Assembly (NCBI GenBank): GCA_964501435.1
Contig: CAZCTH010000008.1
Coordinates: 2,978 to 66,977, forward strand
Length of the DNA: 64,000 nt
Reading direction: 5' to 3'
Source of the DNA: an uncultured Spirochaetales bacterium
GTDB lineage: Bacteria > Myxococcota_A > UBA9160 > UBA6930
The notes beneath the pieces were generated by a model. That model was not told the DNA's origin. It was given only the letters and a program-made list of their open reading frames with translations, and made no database searches. Shown here piece after piece: positions 9,248-18,479 of this stretch. Positions within the stretch are counted from its first letter, which is position 1. Each line of letters opens with the position of its first letter. A program made the translations under genes and the position numbers.

Positions 9248-10027
9248 ATGAGCGCCATCCTGTACGACGTCGCCGACGGCATCGCGACGATCACCATCAA
9301 CCGCCCCGAGAAGCGCAACGCGATGTCGTTCGCGGTGCTCGGCGAGTTCCTCGAGGCGACGAAGCGCGCCGGCGAGGACGCGAGCGCGCGCGTCGTGATC
9401 GTGACGGGCGCCGGCGGCGCGTTCTGCGCGGGCACCGACCTCTCGGACCTCGCGAGCCGCCCGCCCGAGAACCGCGGCCTGCGCGGCCGAGCCGACGAGA
9501 CCGAGCGCTGGTGGCCGCTCGTGGTGTGCCCGAAGCCCGTGATCGCGGCGGTGGACGGCGCCGCAGTGGGCATGGGCGCCGAGTTCACGAGCCAGTGCGA
9601 CGTGCGCATCGCGACTCCGCGCGCGCGCTTCGCCTGGAACTTCTCGCACCGCGGCCTCGTGCCCGACACGGGGGCCGGCACCTGGATCCTGCCGCGCCTG
9701 CTCGGCCACGCGCGCGCGCTCGAGCTGCTCTATTCGGGGCGCTTCGTGGACGCGCAGGAGGCCCTCGCGCTCGGCTACGTGCTGAAGGTGGTGGAGCCCG
9801 AGAAGCTGCTCGGCGAGGCGCGCTCGCTCGCCACGAGCTTCCTCGCCGGCTCGCCGCTCTCGCACCGGCTCCTCAAGGACCTCGTCTACCAGGGCGAGTC
9901 GCGCGACTTCGCCGCGCACATGGAGGCCCACACCGAGGCGATGAAGACGTGCTTCGCCTCCGAGGACCACCGCGAGGGCGTCGCCTCGTTCCTCGAGCGC
10001 CGCGCCGCCAAGTTCGTCGGCCGCTGA
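9248..10027 (+). CDS. enoyl-CoA hydratase/isomerase family protein
   Basis: ATG 9248 lies in the frame of ORF 7379..10027. The protein reads MSAILYDVADGIATITINRPEKRNAMS...VIVTGAGGAFCAGTDL...AAVDGAAVGMGAEF, the classic crotonase fold signature. Confidence 0.9.
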   Translation: MSAILYDVADGIATITINRPEKRNAMSFAVLGEFLEATKRAGEDASARVVIVTGAGGAFCAGTDLSDLASRPPENRGLRGRADETERWWPLVVCPKPVIAAVDGAAVGMGAEFTSQCDVRIATPRARFAWNFSHRGLVPDTGAGTWILPRLLGHARALELLYSGRFVDAQEALALGYVLKVVEPEKLLGEARSLATSFLAGSPLSHRLLKDLVYQGESRDFAAHMEAHTEAMKTCFASEDHREGVASFLERRAAKFVGR

Positions 10028-10109
10028 GCGGCGGGCAACGGTTCGCGCGCCCGGGGCTGCGCGCCGAGCGCGGGGTGCGGTAGAACCCGCGCCGCGCGGA
10101 GGTACGCAC

Positions 10110-10553
10110 ATGGATCTCGCTGCTCTACTCACGGGCCCGCTGTTCGCGGGCGCGGCCGACCTCGCGCTGCTCGTCGGGCGCCTCGCGATCGGGGTGTGCT
10201 TCGTGATCCACGCGCTCGGCAAGCTCGGCGTGGTGGGCACGGGCAACATGGAGGGCTTCACCGCGTGGCTGCGCAGCCTCGGCGTGCCGATGCCCGAGCT
10301 GAACGCGCGCATGGCCATGCTGTCGGAGCTGCTCGGCGGCGGCGCACTCGCGCTCGGCTTGCTCACGCGGCCCGCGTGCCTCGTGCTGATCGGCACGATG
10401 GCCGTCGCGGGCGTGCTCGGGCACAAGGGCGCCGGGTACTTGATCACGAACGAGCCGCCCGGGGCGGAGTACACGATCAACCTCGCCGTCGTGTGCGGGA
10501 TGTTTCTCCTGATCGGGCCCGGCGCGTACTCGCTCGACGCGCTCCTGTTCTAG
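10110..10553 (+). CDS. DoxX family membrane protein
   Basis: The 147-aa ORF has 4 predicted TM segments and the pattern LLVGRLAIGVCFVIHALGKL...MLSELLGGGALALGLLTR typical of DoxX. Confidence 0.75.
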   Translation: MDLAALLTGPLFAGAADLALLVGRLAIGVCFVIHALGKLGVVGTGNMEGFTAWLRSLGVPMPELNARMAMLSELLGGGALALGLLTRPACLVLIGTMAVAGVLGHKGAGYLITNEPPGAEYTINLAVVCGMFLLIGPGAYSLDALLF

Positions 10554-10564
10554 CGGCGGGCGGC

Positions 10565-12010
10565 ATGCGCACGGGGATTCGCTCGCTCTCGGAGATCGCG
10601 CGCTTCGACGAAACCTGCGACGTGCTCGTCGTAGGCCTCGGCTGTGCGGGGGCGAGCGCGGCGATCGCCGCGCGCGACGCCGGCGCCGACGTGGTCGTGC
10701 TCGAGCGCTCGAGCGGCGGCGGCGGCACGTCGGCGATGTCCGGCGGTGTGATCTACCTGGGCGGCGGCACGAAGCTGCAGCGCGCGTGCGGCTTCGACGA
10801 CTCGCCCGACGAGATGTTCAAGTACCTGATGGCCTCGGTCGGGAAGTTCCCCGACGAGGCGAAGATTCGCGCCTACTGCGACGGCAGCGTCGCGCACTAC
10901 GACTGGCTGTGTGCGCAGGGGATCCCGTTCAAGGAGACGTTCTACTACGGCTGCTCGGGCGAGCCGCCGACGGACGACGGCCTGGTGTGGTCGGGCTCGG
11001 AGAAGACGCACCCGTTCAAGGAGATCGCGAAGCCCGCGCCGCGCGGCCACGTGCCGAAGCATCCGCACCAGACCGGTCACGTGATCATGAAGCACCTGAT
11101 CGCGAGCGCGCGAGCCAAGGGCGCGCGCATCCAGGGAGACTCGCGCGTCATCGCGCTCGTGCTCGATGCGGAGGGCGAGGTCGTGGGCGCCGTCGCGGAG
11201 CGCTACGGCCAGGCGCGCACGCTGCGCGCGCGCGGCGGCGTGGTGATCGCTACCGGCGGCTTCGTGCTGAACGACGCGATGCTGCGCCGCTGGGTTCCCG
11301 ATGGCCTGCGCTGCTCGATGCGCGTCGCGGCCGACGGCGACGACGGCAGCGGCATCCGGCTCGGCATGGCCGCGGGCGCCGACGTCGCGCACATGGACAA
11401 GGCCTCCGTCTCGCTGCCGGTGACGCAGCCCTGGGGCCTGAAGCGCGGCGTGATCGTGAACGCCCAGGGCCAGCGCTTCATCAACGAGGACACCTATTAC
11501 GGCCGGCTCGGGGAGCACGCGCTGTTCCACCAGGGCGGCAAGGCGTGGATGATCGTCGACGACGAGATCTTCGAGAAGGCGGAGTATCCGAACACGGGCA
11601 ACGTGGCGGCGGCGGGCGAGACGATCGAGGAGCTCGAGGCCGAGCTCGGCTTCGCCAAGGGGGCGCTGCAGGGCACGCTCGCCGTCTACAACGAGTTCGC
11701 CGCGCGCGGCGAGGATCCGATGTTCGGGAAGAACGCGGAGTGGTTGAAGCCGCTCGCGAAGCCGCCCTTCGGCGCCTTCCACTGCTCCACCGAGAACTGC
11801 CTCTACGCGGTGTTCACGCTCGGCGGTCTCGTCACCGACGTGGACGGGCGCGTGCTCGACCCGGGCGGGCGCGCGATCCCGGGCCTCTACGGCGCCGGCC
11901 GCGCCACCTGGGGCGTCTCGGCGGGCAGCTACTCGAGCGGGCTCTCGCTCGGCGACGGCACGGTCTTCGGGCGGCGCGCGGGCGAGGCGGCGGCGGGCGC
12001 ACGCCGCTGA
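10565..12010 (+). CDS. FAD-binding dehydrogenase (3-ketosteroid dehydrogenase / fumarate reductase flavoprotein-like)
   Basis: ATG 10565 lies in the frame of ORF 10196..12010. It has the N-terminal dinucleotide fold DVLVVGLGCAGASAAIAARDAGADVVVLER..GGGGTSAMSGGVIY and the C-terminal motif IPGLYGAGR. Confidence 0.85.
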   Translation: MRTGIRSLSEIARFDETCDVLVVGLGCAGASAAIAARDAGADVVVLERSSGGGGTSAMSGGVIYLGGGTKLQRACGFDDSPDEMFKYLMASVGKFPDEAKIRAYCDGSVAHYDWLCAQGIPFKETFYYGCSGEPPTDDGLVWSGSEKTHPFKEIAKPAPRGHVPKHPHQTGHVIMKHLIASARAKGARIQGDSRVIALVLDAEGEVVGAVAERYGQARTLRARGGVVIATGGFVLNDAMLRRWVPDGLRCSMRVAADGDDGSGIRLGMAAGADVAHMDKASVSLPVTQPWGLKRGVIVNAQGQRFINEDTYYGRLGEHALFHQGGKAWMIVDDEIFEKAEYPNTGNVAAAGETIEELEAELGFAKGALQGTLAVYNEFAARGEDPMFGKNAEWLKPLAKPPFGAFHCSTENCLYAVFTLGGLVTDVDGRVLDPGGRAIPGLYGAGRATWGVSAGSYSSGLSLGDGTVFGRRAGEAAAGARR

Positions 12011-12020
12011 AGCCTCGCGC

Positions 12021-12656
12021 TCAGAGCAGCGCGTCGAGGGCCGCGAGCGCGTCCGCGAGGTCGCTCTTCACGAGCACGCCGCGGATGCCGAGCTTCTCCG
12101 CCGCCTCGACGTTGCTCGCGGCGTCGTCGAGGAACAGGCACTCCTCGGGCGCCACGTCGCCGAGCTGCGCGAGCGTGTGGAGGAAGATCGCGGGGTTCGG
12201 CTTGCGCATGCGCACCTCGCTCGAGTCCACGATCACCTGGAACAGCTCGTCGGCCGGCACCATCTTCCGCCACGACTCGCGGAACTCGACGATGTTGTTC
12301 GTGACGAGCGCCGTGCGGTAGCCGCAGCCGACGACGGCCCGCGCGCGCGAGACCATCGCGTCGTAGGCGCCGCGCGGGCCGTTCGCCATCGACGCGAACA
12401 GCTTGAACGGGTCGGCGTCCACGCCCTCCGCGCGGCCGAGCTCGACGATCGCGTTGCGCGCGTCCACGAGCGCGATCTCGCCGCGCTCGAGGCGATGCCA
12501 CGGGTGGTCCGTGTCCTCGTGATAGGGCCCGAAGACGAGCTCGAGCACGCGCTCGGGGCTGGCGCCGATCTGCGCGCCGTAGTTGCGGGCTCCGTCGAAC
12601 GGGCTGGGGGTGAAGACGCCGCCAAAATCGAAGAGGACGGCGCGGATGCGCTTCAC
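12021..12656 (-). CDS. HAD family hydrolase
   Basis: GTG start at 12656 in the frame of ORF 12021..13682 (-). HAD motif I is AVLFDFGGV and the late motif is CLFLDDAASNVEAA. It overlaps the upstream gene's stop by 4 nt. Confidence 0.85.
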   Translation of the reverse strand: MKRIRAVLFDFGGVFTPSPFDGARNYGAQIGASPERVLELVFGPYHEDTDHPWHRLERGEIALVDARNAIVELGRAEGVDADPFKLFASMANGPRGAYDAMVSRARAVVGCGYRTALVTNNIVEFRESWRKMVPADELFQVIVDSSEVRMRKPNPAIFLHTLAQLGDVAPEECLFLDDAASNVEAAEKLGIRGVLVKSDLADALAALDALL

Positions 12657-13705
12657 GACGCCGGCCTCAGCTCGGCGATCTCCGCCATCACCTCGAGTGC
12701 CCGCTCCTGCTCCGTGTGCAGCGTGAGGCCCGTCAGGCCCTCGAGGTCGCGCCACGCCTTGAAGCGCTCGCGGATGCGCGCGGGCGGGCCGATCAGTGCG
12801 CCCTGGTCCACGTATTCGTCGGGCACCGCGGCGAACGCCTCCGCCTTCTTGCCCGCGAGAAAGAGCTCCTGGATGCGCTCGGCGGCCTCGGGGAAGCCGC
12901 GCAGCTTCATCATCTCCTTGTGGAAGTTCTTGCTCTTCGCGCCCATGCCGCCGACGTAGAGGCCGATGAACGGCTTCTGCGCGTCGAGCGCGCCGCGCAC
13001 GTCGTCGGTGACGTTCACCTGGCAGCCGCCCTGGATCTCGAAGCCGCGGCCGAGGCGCTTGCCGCCGCCCGCGCGCGCGAAGCCCTGCTCGAGCCACGGC
13101 TTGAAGATGTGCCGCGTCTCGGGGTTGTATCCCATGGGCAGCCAGCCGTCGGCGAGCTCGGCCGTGAGCGCCACGTTCGCAGGCTGGCCCGTGCCGAGAA
13201 AGATCTTCGTCGCCGGATCCGTGTGCAGCACGCTCTTCAGCGGCTTGCCGAGCCCCGACGCGCCGGCGCCGCGATACGGCAGCTGGATCTCCGGACCATC
13301 GTGCGCGACGGGGCCTTCGCGCCGGAGCACCTTGCGCACGATCTCGACGTAGTCGCGCAGGCGTGCGTTCGGCTTGCCCCAGGGCGTGCCGTACCAGCCT
13401 TCGACGATCTGCGGGCCCGAGAGGCCGAGACCGATGATGACGCGCCCGCCGCCCGCCATCTGGTCGACGGTCGCCATGGCGAGCGCGGTCGCCGCCGGCG
13501 TGCGCGCCGCCGTCTGGATCACCGCGGTGCCGAGGCGGATGCGCTTGGTGTGGGCGGCGAGGAAGGCGAGGGGCGTGATCGCGTCCTGCCCGTAGATCTC
13601 GGCAGTCCACACGGAGTCGTAGCCGAGCTGCTCGGCGCGAACGACGCGGGCGACCGGCACCGTCACCTGCGGGTTCGCCCACTGCAATGCGAGACCGAGC
13701 TTCAT
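12653..13705 (-). CDS. LLM-class (luciferase-like) flavin/F420-dependent oxidoreductase
   Basis: The 350-aa ORF reads MKLGLALQWANP...AEQLGYDSVWTAEIYGQDAITPLAFLAAHTKRIRLGTAV..., the luciferase-like monooxygenase TIM-barrel pattern. Confidence 0.85.
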   Translation of the reverse strand: MKLGLALQWANPQVTVPVARVVRAEQLGYDSVWTAEIYGQDAITPLAFLAAHTKRIRLGTAVIQTAARTPAATALAMATVDQMAGGGRVIIGLGLSGPQIVEGWYGTPWGKPNARLRDYVEIVRKVLRREGPVAHDGPEIQLPYRGAGASGLGKPLKSVLHTDPATKIFLGTGQPANVALTAELADGWLPMGYNPETRHIFKPWLEQGFARAGGGKRLGRGFEIQGGCQVNVTDDVRGALDAQKPFIGLYVGGMGAKSKNFHKEMMKLRGFPEAAERIQELFLAGKKAEAFAAVPDEYVDQGALIGPPARIRERFKAWRDLEGLTGLTLHTEQERALEVMAEIAELRPAS

Positions 13706-13793
13706 GCGCGCCTCCTCGCGAGCGGCGGGGCCTGGCCCAGCCGTCGCACCGGGGGGAGGGGTAGCGCGCTCGCGCGCGGAATTGGAGGCGCGC

Positions 13794-15917
13794 TCAGTCG
13801 GCGAGCTCGAAGACGTAGATCTCGTTGCCGCCGTTCGGTTGGTGGATCTGCGGGCTCTGCTCGGCGGTCATCAGCTTGAAGACGCCGAGCCCCGTCGTGA
13901 CGGCGACGTACTGCTTGCCGTTCACGGCGAACGAGATCGGGAAGCCGTGCAGGCCTGCGCCGAGGCGCGTCTTCCACAGCGACTCGCCCGTCTGCGCGTC
14001 GAAGGCGTGGAACCAGCGGTCGAGGTCGCCGACGAACGCGATCCCACCCGCGGTGGTGAGCACGCCGGTCAGGAACATCGCCGGCTGCGCGACGCTCCAG
14101 CGCGGCTTCAGCGTGCGCACGTCGAACGCGCTCAGCCGGCCGAGCGCGCCTTCCGCGCCGGGCATCGGGAACACGCGCGACTCGCCGCCGTAGCCGCCGC
14201 CGCCGAGCGCCGGGTCGACGGCGCGCCCAGTCATCTCCGCGCAGAGCTGATGGAGCGGCACGATCAGCGCGCCCGCTTCCGGCGCATACGCGCTCGCCTG
14301 CCAGTTGTGCCCGCCGTAGATGCCCGGACACACCGAGACGGTGTCGCCGAGCTTCGCGTCGCGGATGTCCTTGCGCAGCACGAGCTTGCCGCGGCGCCGA
14401 TCCACCGTTTCGTACAGGTTCTGCGGCAGCGTCTCCGCGAGCCCGGCGAACTTTCCGTCGCGCCGGCCGAGCTTCCAGAGGATGCCGTCCTTGCCGACGG
14501 TGAAGACGTAGGGCTCTCCGTCCACGTCGATCGCAACGCGCTCGAAGCCGGTCTCCATGTCGAGCGTCTCGCCGCCGAGGTGCTGGAAGAACCAGCGCAG
14601 GCGGCCCGTCTTCGGCTCGAGCGCGAGCGTCGCGTTGGTGTAGAGCGCCGCGTCGGCGACGCGCATGCCGCGGCTCGCCGCGACCCACGGCTTCGCCTGC
14701 GAGGTGCCGAGCAGCACGAGCTTCAGCGCGGGGTCGTAGCTGCCCGCGATCCACACGTCGCCGCCGGCGCGCCGCTCGGGCGGAAGGCCGCCCCAGCTCC
14801 GGTCGTGCGGATCCCCGGGCAGCGCGATCGTCGACGTGCGCCACAGCTCGCGGCCCGTCGCCGGGTCGTGGCCCGTGACGAAGCAGCCGCCCCGCTTGTA
14901 GCGCTCGCAGCCGTTGATGCCGCTGATCACGACGCCGTCCGCGACGATCGGGCCCGCGGTGTGGGTGTAGCCGTCGCGGAAGTCCGCCTTCACGGTGCGC
15001 CAGCGCAGCGCGCCGGTGCGCGCGTCGAGCGCGACGAGCGCGGCGTCGTAAGTCGCGAGGAAGAGCTGATCGCCGTAGAGCGCGAGGTTGCGCGTCGGGC
15101 CGCCGAGCGTCTTCGATTCCGCCGCGTACGGCACGGTGGTCTCCCACAGCAGCTCGCCGGTCGCGGCCTCGAGCGCCTGGATCACGTGGCCGGGGTGCGC
15201 GAGATAGAGGACGCCGTCGTGGACGAGCGGCGTCGGCTGGTTGCTGCCCTCGCGCATCGTCAGCGACCACGCGAGGCGCAGCGTGCGCACGTTCGTGCGA
15301 TCGATCTGGCGCAGTGGGCTGTAGCCCCAGCCCTCCGCGTTCCCGCGCCAGTTGAGCCAGTCCTCCGGCGGCGGGCTCGCGAGCATGGCGTCGCTGACCG
15401 GCGTGCGGAACGGCGCTTCGCGGTTCGTCCAGCGGCCCGCGCGCAGTGCGGCGTCCGCGATCGTCGTCGCCGACGACCAGGCCTGCTTCGCGCCGGGCTC
15501 CTGGCCCGCGGGCTGAGTGCTCGCTCCGGCCGCCGAAGCAGCCGCCGGCGCGGGACCCGCGGCGAGCGGCGTGCCGTCGGCCGCCACGCCGTTGCGCGCG
15601 AGCAGGTGCGCCGCGATCGCGAGGAACGCGTCGTCGCCGAGCGACGCGGGCGCGGCCATCGCCATCTGGGTACGGACGTAGGCGTAGAGCGCGGCGGCGC
15701 CGCGCGCGTTCCACTTCGCCGCGAATTCGGTGCCGACGAGCGGCGGACCGTGACCCGTGCCGCGCAAGGTCGCGTGATGGCAGTCGGCGCAGTAGGCGGC
15801 GAACGGCGTCGCGCCGGCCTCGGCCTGTTCCGGCGTGAACGCCCCCGCGGCGCGCGCACCGAGCAGCGCGAGGCACAGCAACGAGGCTCCGGCGCGGCCG
15901 AGGCTCGAACGAATCAT
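13794..15917 (-). CDS. PQQ-dependent dehydrogenase with an N-terminal cytochrome c domain (quinohemoprotein)
   Basis: ATG 15917 lies in the frame of ORF 13794..16154 (-). The signal peptide is [26 protein letters not shown]. The heme-binding CADCH motif follows, then repeated beta-propeller W-motifs ([59 protein letters not shown]). Confidence 0.85.
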   Translation of the reverse strand: MIRSSLGRAGASLLCLALLGARAAGAFTPEQAEAGATPFAAYCADCHHATLRGTGHGPPLVGTEFAAKWNARGAAALYAYVRTQMAMAAPASLGDDAFLAIAAHLLARNGVAADGTPLAAGPAPAAASAAGASTQPAGQEPGAKQAWSSATTIADAALRAGRWTNREAPFRTPVSDAMLASPPPEDWLNWRGNAEGWGYSPLRQIDRTNVRTLRLAWSLTMREGSNQPTPLVHDGVLYLAHPGHVIQALEAATGELLWETTVPYAAESKTLGGPTRNLALYGDQLFLATYDAALVALDARTGALRWRTVKADFRDGYTHTAGPIVADGVVISGINGCERYKRGGCFVTGHDPATGRELWRTSTIALPGDPHDRSWGGLPPERRAGGDVWIAGSYDPALKLVLLGTSQAKPWVAASRGMRVADAALYTNATLALEPKTGRLRWFFQHLGGETLDMETGFERVAIDVDGEPYVFTVGKDGILWKLGRRDGKFAGLAETLPQNLYETVDRRRGKLVLRKDIRDAKLGDTVSVCPGIYGGHNWQASAYAPEAGALIVPLHQLCAEMTGRAVDPALGGGGYGGESRVFPMPGAEGALGRLSAFDVRTLKPRWSVAQPAMFLTGVLTTAGGIAFVGDLDRWFHAFDAQTGESLWKTRLGAGLHGFPISFAVNGKQYVAVTTGLGVFKLMTAEQSPQIHQPNGGNEIYVFELAD

Positions 15918-15978
15918 CGGGTTTCCTCTCTCTGCGCGGCGCGCCGCGCGGACGTCCACTGTATGGCAGGCCGCGGGC

Positions 15979-16060
15979 CGCGGGGCGCACGGAATCCCCG
16001 CACGCGGGGCGCACGGAATGCCCGCACGCGGGGCGCACGGAATCCCCGCACGCGGGGCGC
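15979..16060. repeat. tandem repeat, 24-bp unit x 3.4, each unit containing a GCGGGG...CCCCGC hairpin
   Basis: The unit is CGCGGGGCGCACGGAATCCCCGCA, at 15979-16002, 16003-16026 (1 mismatch) and 16027-16050, with a partial copy at 16051-16060. It sits at the centre of the 202-bp divergent intergenic region between the PQQ dehydrogenase and sulfatase genes. Confidence 0.95.
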
Positions 16061-16119
16061 GCAGCACTCCCACGTGAGCGGATTGCGCATACAGTGGGGC
16101 GATCGCAGGAGGTCCTCCG

Positions 16120-17577
16120 TTGCGTCGCTTGTTGGGCGCGCTCGGCGCGCTCACCGCCCTCGTGTTGCTCGCCGCGCTCGGCTTCGCGGCCTGGCTCGCG
16201 ATCCGCGACGCGCGCTACGCGCAGCGCGACGACGCCGCGTCGCTCGCGAGCAAGCGCGCCGAGCTCACCTGGATGGCCGAGCAGGCGAAGGCGGCGAGCG
16301 CTGCGCCGCGGCCGAACGTCGTGCTCGTGCTCTTCGACGACCTCGGGCTCGGCGACCTCGGCGCCTACGACGCCCACGCGCCCGCGACGCCGCGCATCGA
16401 CGCGCTCGCGCGAGAGGGCGCCGTCTTCGACGCGTTCTACGCGCCGGCGCCGTACTGCACGCCGTCGCGCGCGGGCTTCCTGACCGGGCGCTGGCCGATC
16501 CGCACGACGCTCACGCAGGTCGTTTTTCCGAAGGGCCACGCGGTGAATCACGTGCACCGCATGACGGGGCGCCCGATCCGTCTGCCGGCCGACGAGATCC
16601 TGCTGCCCGAGGCGCTGAAGGCCGCGGGCTACGCGACGGCGATGGTCGGCAAGTGGCACCTCGGCGACGAGGCGCCGAGCCTGCCGAACGACCTCGGCTT
16701 CGATCACTACTTCGGCGTGCTGCACAGCAACGACATGACGCCGCTGCCGCTCTGGCGGAACCGCGCCGTGGCCGAGCCGCACCCGGTGGACCAGCGCTTC
16801 CTCACGCCGCGCTACACGGACGAGGCGATCGCCTGGATCGAGCGGCAGCGCGGGCCCTTCTTCCTGCACTTCGCGCACAACTTTCCCCACATCCCCTTGC
16901 ATGCGACGCCCGAGCAGGCGGGGAAGAGCGACGTCGGCCTCTACGGGGACGTGATCGCCGACCTCGACGCGAGCGTCGGGCGCATCGTCGACGCGCTCGC
17001 GCGCCTCGGCCTCGCCGAGAACACGCTCGTGCTCGTCACGAGCGACAACGGCCCGTGGTACCAGGGCAGCGCCGCCGGCGTCCGCGGCCGCAAGAACGAC
17101 AGCTTCGAGGGGGGCATGCGCGTCCCGTTCATCGCCTGGTGGCCGGGCCGCATCAAGCCGCGGCGCATCGCGCAGCCGGTGGCGGGCGTGGACGTGCTTC
17201 CGACGGTGCTGGGCTTCGCCGGCGTGCCGCTGCCGCGCGATCGCGCGATCGACGGCGAGGACCTCGGCCCCGAGCTGCTCGCCGGAGTGGAGCTGTCGGA
17301 GCGACCGATCTATTACTACTCGGACCGCGAGCTCCAGGCCGTCCGCCTCGGCGACTGGAAGCTCCACGCGCGGCACGGCGTCTTCGGCGGCGCGCCGTGG
17401 TCCTACCCGCTCGTCCCACTCGCGCCGCAGGGGCCGTGGCTCTTCGACTTGCGCCGCGATCCCGCGGAGGCGTACGACGTGCACGAGAAGTTCCCGGAGG
17501 ACTTCGCGCGCCTCGACGCGCTGCGCGCCGCTTTCGAGCGCGAGGTCGCGGAGAATCCGCGCGGGTGGAAGCGGTGA
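16120..17577 (+). CDS. sulfatase (arylsulfatase family, Cys-type)
   Basis: The 485-aa ORF has a TTG start and an N-terminal TM/signal segment. The metal site is [14 protein letters not shown] and the formylglycine target motif is [12 protein letters not shown]. Confidence 0.9.
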   Translation: MRRLLGALGALTALVLLAALGFAAWLAIRDARYAQRDDAASLASKRAELTWMAEQAKAASAAPRPNVVLVLFDDLGLGDLGAYDAHAPATPRIDALAREGAVFDAFYAPAPYCTPSRAGFLTGRWPIRTTLTQVVFPKGHAVNHVHRMTGRPIRLPADEILLPEALKAAGYATAMVGKWHLGDEAPSLPNDLGFDHYFGVLHSNDMTPLPLWRNRAVAEPHPVDQRFLTPRYTDEAIAWIERQRGPFFLHFAHNFPHIPLHATPEQAGKSDVGLYGDVIADLDASVGRIVDALARLGLAENTLVLVTSDNGPWYQGSAAGVRGRKNDSFEGGMRVPFIAWWPGRIKPRRIAQPVAGVDVLPTVLGFAGVPLPRDRAIDGEDLGPELLAGVELSERPIYYYSDRELQAVRLGDWKLHARHGVFGGAPWSYPLVPLAPQGPWLFDLRRDPAEAYDVHEKFPEDFARLDALRAAFEREVAENPRGWKR

Positions 17578-17620
17578 GGGGCGCCGGGCTCGCGCGCTCG
17601 CTCCACACGAGGAGAACGCC

Positions 17621-18466
17621 ATGAAGGAAACCGCCGCCCTGGTCGGCCCCGTGATCTTCGCGCTGTTCGGCCTCGGGCTGCTCGCAGAGGTCGTCGGCGG
17701 GCGCGTGACGTGGGGCCGCGGCACCGCCAAGGGACTCCTGTTCGCGGTGTGCGGCGTGGCCGGGCACGCGCTGCTGGCCGCTCCGGTGATCGGCTTCTCG
17801 CTCGGGCTCGCCTTCCAGCACGGGTTCCCGAACAGTGCCGAGAGTCTCGTCGACGCACCCTTCTGGCTGGTCTTTCCGCCGTATTTCTTGGCCGAGGAGC
17901 TCGCCCACTATTGGCTGCACCGCTGGTCGCACGAGAAGCGCTGGCTGTGGAAGCTGCACCGCACGCACCACAGCGCCGAGCGCCTGAACACGCTGGTGCT
18001 CTATCGCTACGACGTGTTCTGGACCGTGCTGCTGCCCCAGTCGTGGTTCGCCGCCGCGGCCGTTCACCTCGGCCTCTACGAGGTGTTCGCCGTCAGCACC
18101 CTGATCACGTTCTCGGTGAACGCGCTCACGCACACCGCCTATCGCTGGGACCTCGCGCTGCGGCGCCTGCCGGGCATGGAGCCGGTGTTTCGCGTGCTCG
18201 AGCGCTGGATCACGCTGCCGGACACGCACCACGCCCACCACGGCCTCGGCCGCCACGCGCACGTGAAGGGAAACTATGCGGTGACGGTATTCGCCTTCGA
18301 CGTGTGGTTCGGGACGGCCCGGATCCCGCACGCGCGTCAGGAGCGCTTCGGCTTGCCCGGCCGCTTCGACTGGAAGGAAGAGCTGTTCTGGCCGCTGTTC
18401 CGGGCCGCGCCGGCGCTGCAGGCGGAGGTGGCCGTTCCGCCGGGCGAGGGCGGAAGCCAGGGCTGA
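17621..18466 (+). CDS. fatty acid hydroxylase / sterol desaturase family protein
   Basis: The ORF is 281 aa and membrane-embedded. The three His boxes are HYWLHRWSH, HRTHH and HHAHH. Confidence 0.85.
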   Translation: MKETAALVGPVIFALFGLGLLAEVVGGRVTWGRGTAKGLLFAVCGVAGHALLAAPVIGFSLGLAFQHGFPNSAESLVDAPFWLVFPPYFLAEELAHYWLHRWSHEKRWLWKLHRTHHSAERLNTLVLYRYDVFWTVLLPQSWFAAAAVHLGLYEVFAVSTLITFSVNALTHTAYRWDLALRRLPGMEPVFRVLERWITLPDTHHAHHGLGRHAHVKGNYAVTVFAFDVWFGTARIPHARQERFGLPGRFDWKEELFWPLFRAAPALQAEVAVPPGEGGSQG

Positions 18467-18479
18467 CGCCGGTCCGCGT

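Noticed and set aside
12653-13705. Claiming F420 dependence for the two LLM-class oxidoreductases (also 21827..22717), and hence an F420 pathway in this organism.
   Set aside because: The luciferase-like fold is clear, but FMN versus F420 specificity cannot be decided by eye. No F420 biosynthesis genes (cofC/D/E/G/H, fbiC) are in the window. The cofactor is therefore left open in the annotation.
15979-16060. Possible CRISPR array suggested by the regularly repeated 24-bp unit.
   Set aside because: The units are directly adjacent with no unique spacers, there are only 3.4 copies, and no cas genes are in the window. It is a simple tandem repeat.
13702-17730. Very long ORFs (1342 aa on the minus strand and 1306 aa at 13704..17624 on the plus strand). 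Similar giants lie at 18337..21867(-), 26240..29842(-), 30882..37109(-), 31448..36508(+), 644..4162(-) upstream part, 6864..8816(-) and 40726..42888(-).
   Set aside because: Their translations are dominated by Arg/Ala/Pro/Gly runs with no recognisable motifs. They lie antisense to, or out of frame with, ORFs that have clear family signatures. Open frames of this kind are expected when stop codons are rare in very GC-rich DNA.
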